Source: Octopus vulgaris (taxonomy: Eukaryota). Taken from it: DNA of 64,000 nucleotides. Every line of letters starts with the position of its first letter. Position 1 is the first letter of the stretch. A model generated the notes under the pieces. The model saw nothing but the letters and a program-made list of their open reading frames with translations, did no database searches and was not told where the DNA came from. Location of the stretch: NCBI GenBank assembly GCA_951406725.2, contig OX597818.1:42594001-42658000 (forward strand), in the 5' to 3' direction. Position numbers and translations under genes: made by a program. Shown in pieces: positions 1-13,471 of this stretch.

Positions 1-623
1 ACTAACTTACCCTCTCTCCAAAAATTACTGGTCTTGTGCCAAAATTTGGAACCAATATTATTTAGTTAGCTGCACTTTTATGTGTGTGGTGAAATCTCAA
101 TCAATCGGTTCTCATATTTGCTCTAATTCAGAGAGCAACAATCTTTTAAGCTGTGTGGTTTGTTATATTTTCAGCAATCTGTTTACACTAGTCACCTTCT
201 AGTGACACATCTCCTCTCCCACAGAATGTTAGTCACAGTCTAATGGTTAAAAAGAACATATCCTATTTTCCTATTTCTTTAGAGAGATCACCATGCATGT
301 AAGTCGCAGTTAGCTGACTTTACTTCTATAAGCTAGCTTATAGGTAATGGGCTGTGATTGTGAGAAAGTTAACTAAAAATTATATGTTATTGAAGCATCT
401 GAAGTGGAACAGCTCACTATAAACAAAAAGAACTCTGAGAAGCTTGAGATGCTGAGTTCTAATCCATAGTGAGTATAGCTTACAGAATGGGTTGAATTAG
501 ATACTCTGGATACACTTCATGGAGGAAAAAAGCTTTAGATGTACTCTGATAATACAATTGATTATGAAATTCCTAAAACTTACCTGCTTACTTGTTTTTT
601 TTTTTATATCGCAAATTTCTATA

Positions 624-790
624 AGCATAGCTGTGTAGTAAGAAGTTTGCTTCCCAACCACATGGTTCCGGGTTCAGTCCCACTGCATGGCATCTTAGGC
701 AGGTATCTTCTACTATAGCCTCAAGCCAAACAAAGCCTTATGAGTGGCTTTGGTAGACAAAAACTGAAAGAAGCTTGTCATTTATGTACA
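624..790 (+). mobile_element. tRNA-derived CORE-type SINE (partial)
   Basis: gctgtgtagtaag...ggttccgggttcagtcccactgc...ttctactatagcc; same family at 31426, 35770, 46359. Confidence 0.75.
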
Positions 791-837
791 TGTGCACACG
801 AACATCCACCCACACATAGATATATATGTATATAAGC

Positions 838-838
838 T

Positions 839-876
<38 letters not shown>

Positions 877-1204
877 AATTATTGTATACAGTGCTCAGGT
901 GCACCACAACTTGTCAGAGGTGTAGTGTTGGCGAATCTCAGAAAGCATGGAAGTTTTGAAGGATGCAGTGCTCTGACAACTAACAACTGATGCCGGCAGT
1001 CTATTCCATACTTCATCAACTCTTAGCGAGAAAAAATGTTTCTGAAAGTCATGGGAGCTGTGCTGTTTTCTGACTTTGTAAACATGTCCACGGGTGTTAG
1101 ACAGGTGGAGTTTGAAAAGGTGCTCAGAGTTATTGTTTGTAAGATGGTTAATAATTTTATGGGTGTCTGCCTAGTCAGCTGCCAGACGTTGGAATTTCAA
1201 TGTG
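838..1204 (-). mobile_element. 3' end of CR1-like LINE with (TAA)n tail
   Basis: (TAA)n followed by taatgaaattattgtatacagtgctcaggtgcaccacaac, also seen as short stubs at ~13859 and ~47936. Confidence 0.55.
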
Positions 1205-1399
1205 CCCATGCCCAGGGAAGTAAGGCATTCAGAATATGGCAAATTGATTTACTCCTTTCAATTTCAAATTTTATATATAGCTTCTTTAGTTCAAACCGAA
1301 CAATTCTTCACCTGGAAGAGACACCTTACATGTGGTCGCAAAAATTGCTAGAAAAAAGCAGCAAAATCTATTCAGATTATATTTACCAGCTCAAAAACA

Positions 1400-3271
1400 A
1401 AAAAGTATACATTGGATGATTCAACCATAGATAAATAAACTAGGATAGTCACAACATGAATGCCTTTGATTAGAAAGTCTGCTTCGTTAAATCGGTCATG
1501 AAAGTAAACAACGTATGACTTCTCAATGGAGATGCCAGCAGGAAGAACTGAGTCAGTGCAAAAAACTATGAAAGCTTTCAGAGGTAACCATAGCAGATGG
1601 CCCAAACTTTAAAACTTTCTTGAAGACTGGGTTAACACACAGAGAGCAAGAAGCTGCAGTGTTTCCACTGTGCAGATCAGACTGAAGGCTAAAACAATCG
1701 CCATCGAAATGAAAATCGAAGATTTTAGAAGTGGGCCATCATGGTATTTTAGATTTATGAGAAGAAAAGGCCTGCTCGTCAGGGCACGCATGACTTTGTG
1801 TCAGCTGCTCCCTCCTGACTACGAGGAAAAACTTAACTTTCGCACATTCACTCAAACAAAGATAGAGAATTCCATCGGGCCAGAAAATATCATAAATATG
1901 GATGAAGTACCTTTGACATTTGACCTGCCTCTCACTCAGACTCTTAATTAAAAAGGTGACTCGTCCATCACACTGAAAACAAGTGGCCATGAAAAAATGC
2001 ATTTTACCTGTGTTCTGAACTACAACAGCATCTGGACTAAAGCTTCCACCGATGGTAATTTTTAAGTGGCTGACAATGCCAAAGGAAAAATTCCCAAAAG
2101 AGATCGCAGTGAAAGTCAATAAGAAAGGTTGGATGATGGAGAGCCTGATGAAAGATTGGCTCAGAGAGTGCTACGCCAAGTGACCTGGGGGGTTTTTTTC
2201 ACACAAAACACGCATTGCTCATTATGGACAGCATGGTGGCCCATATAACAGATTCAGTGAAAGCTGCCATCAAGAGTACAAACTCAATTCCAGCTGTGAT
2301 TCCTGGGGGCACCACTAAGTATTTGCAGCCACTGGGCATTTAAAGTGGCACTGCGCCATGAGTGGGAGGATTGGATGACGAGCAGTAAGAAATCCTTCAC
2401 CAAAACAGGCCGCATGCGAAGAGCATCTTTCACTCAAGTCTGCCAGTGGATCCTAAATGCATGGAGCTGTGTCAAAACATCCACTATCACCAATGGGTTT
2501 CGAAAAGCTGGAGTGCAGCGTGATGAAGAGGACTGGGTGCGCTCAAATGAGAGCGATAATGAAGAGGCTGAAGTGAGTAACGAGATCCTGAGGCTGTTCA
2601 GTTCAGACACTGCAGAAGAGGACTTTGATGATTTCAGTGCGCAGGAAGAAGATGAAGAAGACGATCAATAACTTTAGACCTGGTAGGCTCCTAGTCTCCA
2701 GGACGCCATGATAGATCGTTAGCTCCTACACACATTTTTTTCTCTCCTTGTTTTTTTCTGTGTATCTTTCTGTCAAAGAGTGTAGGCTCGAAATGTAAAA
2801 GACTTTTTTCTATTTCTATTCCTGAGTGCTATACTAATACATTTGTTTGTTTGTACTCCACCTGCCTTCGTCTTTTGTTTATTTTCATAAACTTTCCCTT
2901 TATAAATATATATATATATATATACCAGTCGTTAGGAGGAATGTTGTTCGTGCACTGTTCAGTAAAAAAGCATAAGCAACGTAATTTGTGTGTTACTGAT
3001 ATGTACGTATATTTAGGGGTAGCCGTATTACAGACACTGTTCGAAAAAAACCATTTGCAATATGTGTTTGTTTATGTTACCATACGGATTAAATTAAAAG
3101 TTAAAAAATCCTCTCGTGTAATATCTTTCTGTGTAAATATCTCATATTACAATGTTGGACACCTGCAGCTTAAAATCCAGTATGGCCTGTACAAGTACAA
3201 AATTGATTTTCTTTCTAAAATTAGAGCATGCAGCTTTTAATCAGGTATGCTCAGTAGTCCAGAATTTACGG
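1400..3271 (+). mobile_element. Degenerate pogo/Tigger-like DNA transposon (CENP-B HTH + DDE_1 transposase pseudogene)
   Basis: Fragments 'WYFRFMRRKGL', 'IINMDEVPLTFD', 'FTKTGRMRRAS..VCQWILNAW..ITNGFRKAG' with acidic tail; right TIR ...agaatttacgg|ta. Confidence 0.85.
2700..2905 (+). mobile_element. Penelope-type pLTR fragment with degenerate hammerhead-like motif, inserted in the pogo 3' region
   Basis: tctttctgtcaaagagtgtaggctcgaaatgtaaaaga at 2765-2802; related sequence on the - strand at 24060-24190. Confidence 0.45.
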
Positions 3272-3434
3272 TATATATATGGAGAGAGAGAGAGAGAGAG
3301 GTGTGTCAACAGATGTGATTCAGAGATTCTCAATATAGAAAAATTTAGTAATGCTCAAATGGTTTGAGCTTACACTTGAAAACTTTTACCAAGGGCCAAG
3401 TCTGTGGGGTTACGATTGAAATTTGCTCCACACT

Positions 3435-4600
3435 CATCATCATCATCATTGTTGTCTAACGTCTGTTTTCCATGCTAGCATGGGTTGGACAGTTCGACCG
3501 GGGGGTCTGGGAAGCCAGAAGACTGCACTAGGCTCCAGTCTGCTCTGGCAGTGTTCCTACAGCTGGATGCCCTTCCTAACACCAATCACTCCATGTGTGT
3601 AGTGGGTGCTTTTTACGTACCACTGGCATAGGGGCCAGTGGAGGTTGGCAACAGCCACAATCAGTTGGTGCTTTTTACGTGCCACCAGCACGGATATCAC
3701 AACTACAATTTCCGTTTGATTTTCATTTTGATGTTGATGTACTTGACTCAATAGGTCTCCTCAAGCACAGCAGGTCACCCTACGATCCAAGGTACTTTTG
3801 AATGGGCTGGGGCTGGATATGTGAAGCTGGTGTAGGATACAGCCATGAACTCACTTTATTTGCCGGGTCTTTGCAATCACAGTATATCTCCAGAGGTCTC
3901 GGTCTTTCGTCATTGCCTCTGTGAGGCCCAACATTCAAAGGTCATGCTTGACCATCTCATCCCATGTCTTCTTGGGTCTACCTCTACTCTGGATTCCTTC
4001 AACTGTTTGGGAGTGGCACTTCTTCACACATTTCCCCTCATCCATCCATAGTACATGACCATACCAGCGCAAACGTCTCTCTTGCATGCCACATCCGATG
4101 CTTCTTATGTCCAACATTTCTCTCAGGGTGCTTCCACTCTGTTGTGCATGCACACTGACATTACACATCCAGCGGATCATGCTAGCTTCATTTCTTCCAA
4201 GCCTACACATGTCCTCTGCAGTCACGGCCCATGTTTCACTGCCGTGAAGCATGGCAGTTCGCACAAATGCGTCGTACAATCTACCTTTCACTCTGAGCGA
4301 GAGACCTTTAGTCACCAGTAGAGGTACAAGCTTTCTGAACTTTGCCCAGGCTATTCTTATTCTAGTGGTAACACTCTCTGAGCATCAAACTCCACTACTA
4401 ACTTGGTCACCTAGGTAGCGGAAGCTATCAACTACTTCTAGTTTCTTCCCCTGGAGTGTGATGGAATCTGTTTTCTGAACATCTGTAGTGTTTATTGCCT
4501 CTGTGCATCTGCCGCACACGAAAGTTATCTTCTCGGTTAATCTTCCTTTGATGTTGCTGCACCTCTTATGTGTCCATAGCTTACACTGGGCACATGTGTC
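3435..4600 (-). mobile_element. RTE-clade LINE 3' fragment with SINE-like 3' end and (GAT)n tail
   Basis: ORF fragments 'KLWTHKRCSNIKGRL', 'EVVDSFRYLG', 'MLHGSETWAV', 'RRLRWYGHV', 'RGRPKKTW'. Confidence 0.9.
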
Positions 4601-5824
4601 CATATGAAAACTGATTCAGTCACTTGCTTTGACATTATATCATACAAATGTATTGATATGATATCTACAATGATGCTATTTGTTGAACACTCGTGTTGAT
4701 CTAATATTTGGTAAAATATTGTCTTTTCTAAGCTGTTCTCTTCCATGTAAATTACAGAGATTTGTACATGAACTTTTGTGACCCTTTCACAATATATCAC
4801 ATTTCTTACCCAACAGTTGATAAGTGGGTTTGTGTGACATAAGTCACAATCTCTTCTATAGGTGTACTTGTCAAAAGAGTCAGACAGATGATCGATTTAA
4901 TAGATTTACCTGGGTTTTTTATCTTTGCATTTGATTTTGAGGATAATTTATTAAATGATTTTCTTAGACTTATTCATTGGTTCACTTTTGGCTGTAGTAC
5001 CGGCAACAATTGCACTATCTTATTGTTATCATACTGTTTATCAGCCTTATTCGTTTTATCTCTGTTGTTTTAAAAACATGTTACAATATAGATTACAGCA
5101 TTTATAACGTAAAATACTGAACTTGTTTCAAGTGTTCTTGAGATTAATATATTTACAACTTTAAAAGCCTATTCCATGTGGACTTTTAAACTGGCTCCTG
5201 TGGAGGGTTAATTTGGCCTGTGGTGCAAAACTAAAGAGAGCAATAATAATAAAACATTTATTGATACCTTACCAATAAGGTATTAATAAAACATTTATTG
5301 ATACCTTACCAATAAGGTATTACTTTAAATTCAGTTTAAATGAAAAATTTGTAAGTTCACAAATTTTTGGAGTTCTTTTAAAATTTGAATTTTCAAATGT
5401 TAGCATATAACGAATCTTCATCCAGATTGTTGGATGGTCAAGAACTAAATGCAGGGCATATTTTCAATCCTGGGATCATCCTGATACCAAAAAGGCATGA
5501 TATGTCTAAGTAGAGCAAATGTAGCCTGAGATACAGGGATCCCAGACAGACAGAATTCCACATTATCATTATAGAAATCAGCTATTAGGATTTTCAGTTT
5601 GACACTTTCCAACATTGAAAATTTTTTTTTAATCATTACTAATGGATTCGACATGGGTTTCCTCTGATATAAGTGGAGTATTCACAGTTTTGGTATTCCA
5701 ATTCATAGCTTTGTAATTTTTTTGTAATTCTGTGTCCAGGACAGGTAATCTTTTATTGTAATGTCTAGAGGTGGTGGGGGGGGTCATCAAAAATTACTTT
5801 AATCCCATTATAGACAGAATTTTC

Positions 5825-5900
5825 TGTCTTGTATAGTACACAACATTGTACATAGCCTTGTATAGTACACAGCATAGTACATAGTCTTGTATAGTACACA
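5825..5900. repeat. Short tandem repeat, ~30-bp unit x2.5
   Basis: cttgtatagtacac... repeated three times. Confidence 0.8.
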
Positions 5901-6701
5901 ACGTACAATTCACCTGGCAATTCATCATCATCATCATTTAGCATCCTTTTTCCATGCTGGCATCGGGTAGACAGTTTGATTGGAACTTGTAAGTCGGAGA
6001 GCTGTACCAGGCTCCAGTCTGGCTTGGCTTGGCATGGCTTGGTTTCTACAGCTGGATGCTCTTCCTAATGCCAACTACTCCAAGAGTGTAGTGGATGTCT
6101 TTTACATGTCACTGGCACAGGTGACTTTTACGTGTAATGTGAAGAATTATTTTAATGACAAGGTTATCAACATACCAAGAGTACAGTACCACCTTAATAA
6201 AAATTGCTACTTCTAATACTGGTTGCTTCAATAGATTTTGTAAAACTATCAAATATATGATAGGAATTAGTAAGCTTATAGGTGTCTCTTGTTGGTATAC
6301 TGCCTCCTAGCCTTTCTACTCTTTATGACAACTTCCACCTGAGGTAGCCTCTATGTAGTTGCTTAATCTGCAACAAATAGTAGCCAAATATCCCTCAAAT
6401 CATAGCTTAATGTCTTTAAAAAAATGCAATCTAGAGTGCTTCTTTTAGTTGATAAAATCTTCACACATGCTCCAACTCTCATGACAAGCTCCACCATCCC
6501 CTCTCTTGATAACCTTAAGATAATCAGCCTTAGGATAGAGGAGGCACTTTAGTCACGGAACAAACAACCTGTCTAGTGCCAATGATGTGTTAAAAGGGCA
6601 TTCAGCTCATAGTGCAATGTGGATGGTGATAGGATGGACATTTGTAAAAGCCATTCCAATATAACAAGCAGAGATGTGGACAATGTAAACTGCAGTACAT
6701 A

Positions 6702-7673
6702 CCGTAAATCCTCGAGTATAATCCGCATTTTTTTCCCAAAATTTAAAGGTCAAAATCCTTAGTGTGTATTATATACGAGGTTAAAAATGAAAAATAGTTT
6801 CTAAGCAATGTCTGAGTCTCTATTTGCTGTCTGGCAATGTTTATTCAGACGCATTTTGTGATGTCAGGCGTGAAAATACCTTAAGCTAAACCTGAAAGCA
6901 ATGAAATCATAAAAGAATCATTCATAACTTGCAGTAAGCAACATTTATTAAAATAAAAGTATTCAGAACACAGAATAACATGTAACAAAAACAATTTGCA
7001 AACATATTTACATTCCCTTATAACAGTTAAGAACATCACTATTATTGTTTTACGCATACACGGAAGTGTTTGTTCGACTAGGTGCTGCTGGCTTAATTAC
7101 GCACAAATTGCGTAATTAATAGTTTAGTGCTATATAGTTCATCCTGCTGTTTGTATTGGCAGTCTGCATCATTACCGTGGCAAACAATAGATACTTAATT
7201 AAATACCAGTATTAAATGTTTGAACTACTGTGGGTCTTTACTAGGGTTTTTTATAAGTGGGACTTAAACCTGTACATTAATCTCCAATAAAACATTTTAT
7301 ATATTACATGTCCATAAAATGTCTCGTAGATGTTATTCAGCTATGTTTAAACTTGAAGTTATATCATATACTGAAGAGCATGGTAATAGGACTGCCGGAA
7401 GAAAATTTGATGTTGATGAAAGCAATGTCAGGTTATGGAGAAGAAATAAATATGAAATTAAACAGATGCCAAAGATAAAGAAGGCAAGAAGGCAATAATA
7501 AAGGACGTTACCGTATACATTTTTACAAACCAAGGGTGTTATATAGACCTCCTTGACTCAAGTTAGAGAAGAGGTGCATATTATACACAAGGTTTAGGTT
7601 TTTCAGAGGTACAGCCCCCTAAAAATCCCCTGCGTATTATACTCAAGGGCAGACTATACTCAAGGATTTACGG
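6702..7673. mobile_element. Non-autonomous pogo-like element (MITE), TA TSD
   Basis: ta|CCGTAAATCCTCGAGTATAATCCGC ... GCAGACTATACTCAAGGATTTACGG|ta terminal inverted repeats. Confidence 0.9.
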
Positions 7674-8079
7674 TACAACCATCTAGAACAGTCATTCTGA
7701 ATAATAAGTTAAAAAAGTACAGGAAATTTTTTAGTTCTACTGCAAACAACTGGCTTTTGTGTCAGTGGCATGATAAAAGGTATTCAGTCCATGTTGTAAA
7801 TTAGTGTGACTGGAAAAGCATTCAGCCATAAAAATCATGTCTAAAAATATGCAAGCCACAACAACAAAGGCTGGTGGTTTTCTCTGTTGCTGTGTGTGTA
7901 GCAGATGAATAAAAATTGTGACAAGTGCTGACATGTTGTAATACACTCCAACCCATTCCATCATGGAGAAGTGGCCATCAAATGAGGATGACAATGGAGA
8001 TAGTAGCAACATATATTAATATTTGTATGTGTGTGTGTATGTGTGTGTGTGTGTGTGTGTATGTATCTGTCTATATACA

Positions 8080-8110
<31 letters not shown>

Positions 8111-8116
8111 TTATGT

Positions 8117-8670
8117 CAGGTCACTTTCGAGTGCTACTGGTAACATGTAACCCAGTACAACCTGTTGCATGGTCGGGTCATCAGCAGCTAAACCGGCAAC
8201 CCCACCAAGCTTGTTTGGTGAGGAGGATGTTTATTGGACACCCTGCAGGATGAAAAACAAAACCCGTCAAAGGGCGGAGGAACTCTTGAGAGTCAACATC
8301 CATCCAATAAATGTCTTAAGGCTGTATCATGCACGGGGACATAGAAATAATTGGACTGAATACCTGATCACGCGGTTAAACCATTGGGAGTGAAGGACTC
8401 CTAGCCTTTGTTAGGGCATCCTTCTAGGAGAAGGAAACTCAGTTAACTGGGATAACTCCGACATATAACCTGCGGCTCAGTTGTTACCATTGATGTTGAC
8501 TTGTTCTTCTTTTCGGATTATGGCTGCTGTTGTTTAGTGAGTGGGATTGACTCAGTGCACAGCCTTTCCTCACTTTAAAAAAAATCTTCTTGCACAAGCA
8601 TTGCACGATAACAACATTGATTAAGCTTCGTTCAATGGCCATACTCAATAACGAGGGGCAGCCACCATGA
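8117..8670 (+). mobile_element. Unclassified interspersed repeat, possibly the 5' portion of a non-LTR element
   Basis: GC-richer block between microsatellites; contains catccttctaggagaaggaaactc. Confidence 0.35.
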
Positions 8671-8749
8671 ATGTAGGTATGTATGTAAGTATTATAATAT
8701 AATATATATGTACATATATTCATGATCGTGAACAAACTCTAATTTTACT

Positions 8750-10650
8750 TCTTGTCTAAAAACATTCCAGTTTCATCAAGGAAGAACTATATAAAATGTA
8801 TGGAGGAGGAAACAAAAGACTTTATAAGACTGAGGTGGTATGTATGTTTTTTTTTAAATCAGAGCATCTGGGCACAATAAAGATGAAAACCTTGGCTTCA
8901 GAACATGCAAGAACAAAAACATTGAAAATTTGAAGAGGATCTTTTAGACATCTTAAAAAGAATCAAGTTTCATGAAGTGCAAAACAACTTCCAAAGTTAG
9001 TTGAAGGAACATTTAATATATCAACACAAATCAGATAAGTTCCATGATTCTTCTGATAAAACAAGGAATATGTATAGCATAGAGGTTAGCACATATAATA
9101 GTCTTCTATCAAATATAAAAATATTTATTTGAAATCTAGAAATGAGGCTCATAGGTCCCATTAATCTAAAAGTCAAAGAGTTAGCAGCAAATTTAAAAAT
9201 AAATGATAGGTTAAAATACCTTGAGAGTAACCTTCAGTATAGATTGATTAATGCAGCAAAGTCAGAGTTCAATGCAGTTAAGAAAAAATATTTTCATAAT
9301 AAAAGCAATTTGCCTCATTAAGATGATGGTGTAACACTTTACAAGTACAGGAATAGTTTACCAGAATAAATGGGAAGGAAAACTGTAGATTCATTCAGTT
9401 TGACATTGGTGACCTTTATCCCTTAATAACAAAACATTTTTTACTGAAGGCCCTAAATTTTGCTAAAAACAACCACTGATATTGGTGAATTGGACATTGA
9501 TGTGGTTATGCACCCAAGAAAATCTCTGGTTTTCAATAACGACACATGAGTTAAGAAAAGCAGGGAGCTTATGGTGGAGTACAGGTGAGTGAAATTACAA
9601 AGCAATATTTTTAATTTACTGAGAGTAAATTGATTGTAGTTTATACCGTAATGAAAGCTTGATTCTATCCAGAAACTGTAATGGCAAGAAGTTAGATTTA
9701 GGAAACATTTGACTAAAGTATTTTAGGAAATATGTCTTAGCATTACTATGACTGGATAACAATAGTTTCAGTCCATACTACAAACCAAATGAGAAGTTAG
9801 TAATTATGAATAGACAACTGAATCATTCACCTTGTATCTTGAAGAACTTGGTTAACAATATTAGTAACCAGATATTCTCTGTATCTTCTGAGGAAAATGT
9901 CTTTATGGTGCAGCTGAGTATTATAATGGGGCACTAAGAAATTGTGAGTTCTCCAGTAAGATTAGCTACTTAAAAAAGTCACTGGGAATGCGAAGAGTAA
10001 GAATAGGAACAGGAAAAGAGGCATTTTATGGTACAGACCAATATTTAACTTAGTAGTAAGAACTAATATAGCTTGAAAATTCCCTGGGCATAAGTATTGT
10101 GAGATATTGAATAAGAACTGTTTTAAGGTTAGTTATTCAGCTTGTAAGAATTTTAGGTGCAATATCAGTTGTTATAATGCTGCAAAGCTGAAAGAAAGAG
10201 AGATGCAAACAGCTGGCCACCAAATATCTGCAACCACAGAATTCATGAGAACTGTCCACTCAATGGTAACTGCTTGGTAAAATCAATTGTAATCAGAACC
10301 AAGATTGAAACTAACAGCAGAAATGGACCTAAAATATATACTGGAGCAACAGAACTAACATTCAAAAACCTAAATTGTTTGCAAGACATATTATAAACAC
10401 AAACATTCGTTTGTCTGCCCAATCGAAAATCTGCTATAGATTTACCAAAGTTTATATGGTTCTTACATGAGATGTGACTTAACATATTGAAAATTACCTG
10501 GTCAATTGCAGATAGGGAGCAACCATACAGGAATGATAGCTTTAAATCAAAGATGCAGTGTAACCTTTGAGTGAAAACTTAGGCATTTTGGCTTAAGGCA
10601 GAAACGGTTTAAACAAAAGAAGAGAATTTTTAGTTCTATGTATGCACTCA
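8750..10650 (+). pseudogene. Decayed Penelope-like retroelement (RT C-terminus + GIY-YIG endonuclease)
   Basis: Manual translation: 'FKVSYSACKNFRCNISCYN' (~10120), 'NCPLNGNCLVKSIV' (~10250), 'YTGATELTFK' (~10338), CNL..EK-like (~10558). Confidence 0.7.
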
Positions 10651-11091
10651 GCTAAGTATCTTTTAGGTAAGTATCAGTCTCATTGAATTCCAGTTTAGAA
10701 AAAAACATTATTTTCGAAATATATGTTTTAATAAAACATGTTTCAAAATTATATCCCTGCTACATGTGTAGCAGGAATAATTAGCAACCAAACCTGGATC
10801 TCAATATCCAATGTAAAAAAAAAAAAAAAAAAAGAAACAGTACAGTTGTGATTTGCTAGAATATTGCCTTCATCATCAAAATCTGACCAATCAAGACTTT
10901 GCGTGGAACTGGCTCCAACCACAATTTCACCTTTGGCACACTTCTTCCTGAGCCAGACCACCACTATATATTCAGTGCATCTTAGCCGCTGACAACAGAC
11001 AACAAGCAAGAGACATCAGACCAAACACAGGATACAGCAACAGAAAAACAGCTGACCAGAGCTCTGTGACAACACAGAAACAATGGCCAGA

Positions 11092-11235
11092 AGGTCGACT
11101 TTGCCTTTCATCCTTTCGAGGTCGATAAATTAAGTACCAGTAACACACTGGGGTTGATGTAATCAACTTAATCCCTTTGTCTGTCCTTGTTTGTCCCTCT
11201 ATGTTTAGCCCCTCATGGGCAATAAAGAAATAAGA
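11092..11235 (+). mobile_element. SINE 3' part (Meta-domain/OK-like family)
   Basis: ggtcgactttgcctttcatcctttcgaggtcgataaattaagtaccag...aataaagaaataag. Confidence 0.75.
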
Positions 11236-11489
11236 AACAATGGCCAGATGGCAGCAGCAACCCACAACAACCAGCTAACAATTTAACAGCTACTACTATC
11301 ACACCACACCAAAAACAATAATCTTGAAACTATCTCTGATTCATTGTTCAGAATAACAATAACATATTTTTTGTTAACGATAAGAATAAATATTTTTATC
11401 AAATCTTCCAACAGATTTCAGTGTTCTTTATCATAACACATATTTTAATATGTGTGGGTGTGTTTAGGTAGTTTGGGAAGTAATAATAA

Positions 11490-12410
11490 CCAGGTGATTG
11501 ATGTTAGGAAGGGCATCCAACCATAGAAAACCATGCCAAATCAGATTGGTGTCTGGTGTGGCCTTCTAGCTTACCAGCTCTGGTCGGTGTCACTCAAATG
11601 GCATCCATGCCAGTGGAATGTAAAGGCACCCATTACACTCTCAGAATGGTTGGTATTAAGAAGGGCATCTAGCTGTAGAAAACCATGCCAAATCAGACTG
11701 GTGTCTGGTGCAGCCTTTCAGCTCACCAGCCCCAGTCAAACCGTCCAACCCATGCCAGCATGGACAAAGGATGTTACACGATGATGATGATGACAGACAG
11801 ATCAGAAACCAGCCATTGTTTTAATACTGCCAGGAATTGTATGGGAGATAATATAATAACCATTGTAGCAAACATACTAGAAACAATGGGGCACCAGTCC
11901 TTCTAGATAATAATGATTGTCATATTTGCATTGGTATCAGGCATAGCCCCAGTAGTAACAATACAAATCACAACAGATCAAATAATGGGCTTTGTCATGC
12001 TTCAAATTAATACTAATTTAATTATTGTCGCCTTACTAGTACATGAAAAATCATTCGAGTGAGGTCATTGCAAGTGCCACTGGACTGGTTCCTGTGCAGG
12101 TGGCATGTAAAAAACACCATTTGAGCATGACTGTTGCTAGTACCGCCTGACTGGCCTTCGTGCCGGTGGCACATAAAAGCACCCACTACATTCTCGGAGT
12201 GGTTAGCATTAGGAAGGGCATCCAGCTGTTGAAACTCTGCCAGATCAAGACTGGAGCCTGGTGCAGCCATCTGGTTCGCCAGCCCTCAGTCAAAATCGTC
12301 CAACCCATGCTAGCATGGAAAGTGGACGTTAAACGATGATGATGATGACAATGACGATGACGACGACAACGGCTATGATGAGGATGATGATGATGATGAT
12401 GATGATAAGA
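11490..12410 (+). mobile_element. Two RTE-tailed SINE copies with (GAT)n tails
   Basis: aggaagggcatccagctg...ccaacccatgc(c/t)agcatgga...gatgatgat at ~11490-11792 and ~12025-12410. Confidence 0.8.
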
Positions 12411-13251
12411 ATCATATCAATAATGTAACTAAAAATGATTGTGGATAGTTATCCAATAAAGAAACAACGCAAGTGTAGCGTACCTTATAATTTCTCCCTG
12501 AATGCCACTGCTGTAGACTATACCATAGTATTTCAGTGTACCATAAATAATAGGCAACAGCACCCTTCTCTTCTAAAATCTATATAGGCTCATCAATTGA
12601 CTTTAAGTGATGATTTTTAATACTTTAGCTCGTCTACTTCTGCAAAGTGCAAAACTACCTCACTAGCTAACCACATACACTATCCCAAACAGCATCCCTT
12701 ATTGTATTACCTGATCAATGATTAATATGAGAAGGCCATATCAACTTCTGTTGTGAAGAATCTATTGAGATCTTAAAACAAAGTCTCCACTGCCTCGTAG
12801 ACCGCCAAAGTGAGGCTGAAGCCATCTGTGTTCATCAATTCTTTTGAACATTCCAGTTTTACCATATATTGATGTTCTCCCTAAGATAAATCTCCTAACC
12901 TTTCTACCTCTTGCTCACCTGTATGTTTGAGCCTCTAATTTCTTTAACTTTATCCTTAGCTATTTCCACCTTCATACCTTATGATTATACACATTTATAG
13001 TCTTTAAACTTGATCACCTTGACTGACCAGTCCGTCAGGCATCCATTTGACACCGCTAATCACAGCACACTGTCCACTCCTCTCTAGATTGCACAGTGGA
13101 GTTACGATTTCAGGAGGGCGATTGGGATCTTTAAACTTATTTTTATTAATTAATTGCATCAATTTCATTTATTCTCTGCATTATTGTTAATTAGCTAATT
13201 TATCATATGTTTATTTTATGCCACCTGCTTTATATGATTCCCCTTCCTTAA

Positions 13252-13471
13252 CCCTTTCGTTACTGTATTTATTTTGAGATGCTCTGTGTTTCTTTCGATT
13301 ACTTTAGATATAACAAAGAATTTAGTAAAATAACTTGATTATCATTCAGCTAGTGTTACGAACATAAATTGTGACTAAGGTTTGGTGGAAGATTTTAATT
13401 CAAAATTTATGAAAACAAGACATTTGTACTCAAAGCCAGAGCCAGTTTCAGCCGGATTGGTAATGAAAGGG
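13252..13471. mobile_element. piggyBac-type MITE, TTAA TSD
   Basis: ttaa|CCCTTTCGTTAC ... GTAATGAAAGGG|ttaa; same family at 62947 and 63712. Confidence 0.9.
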
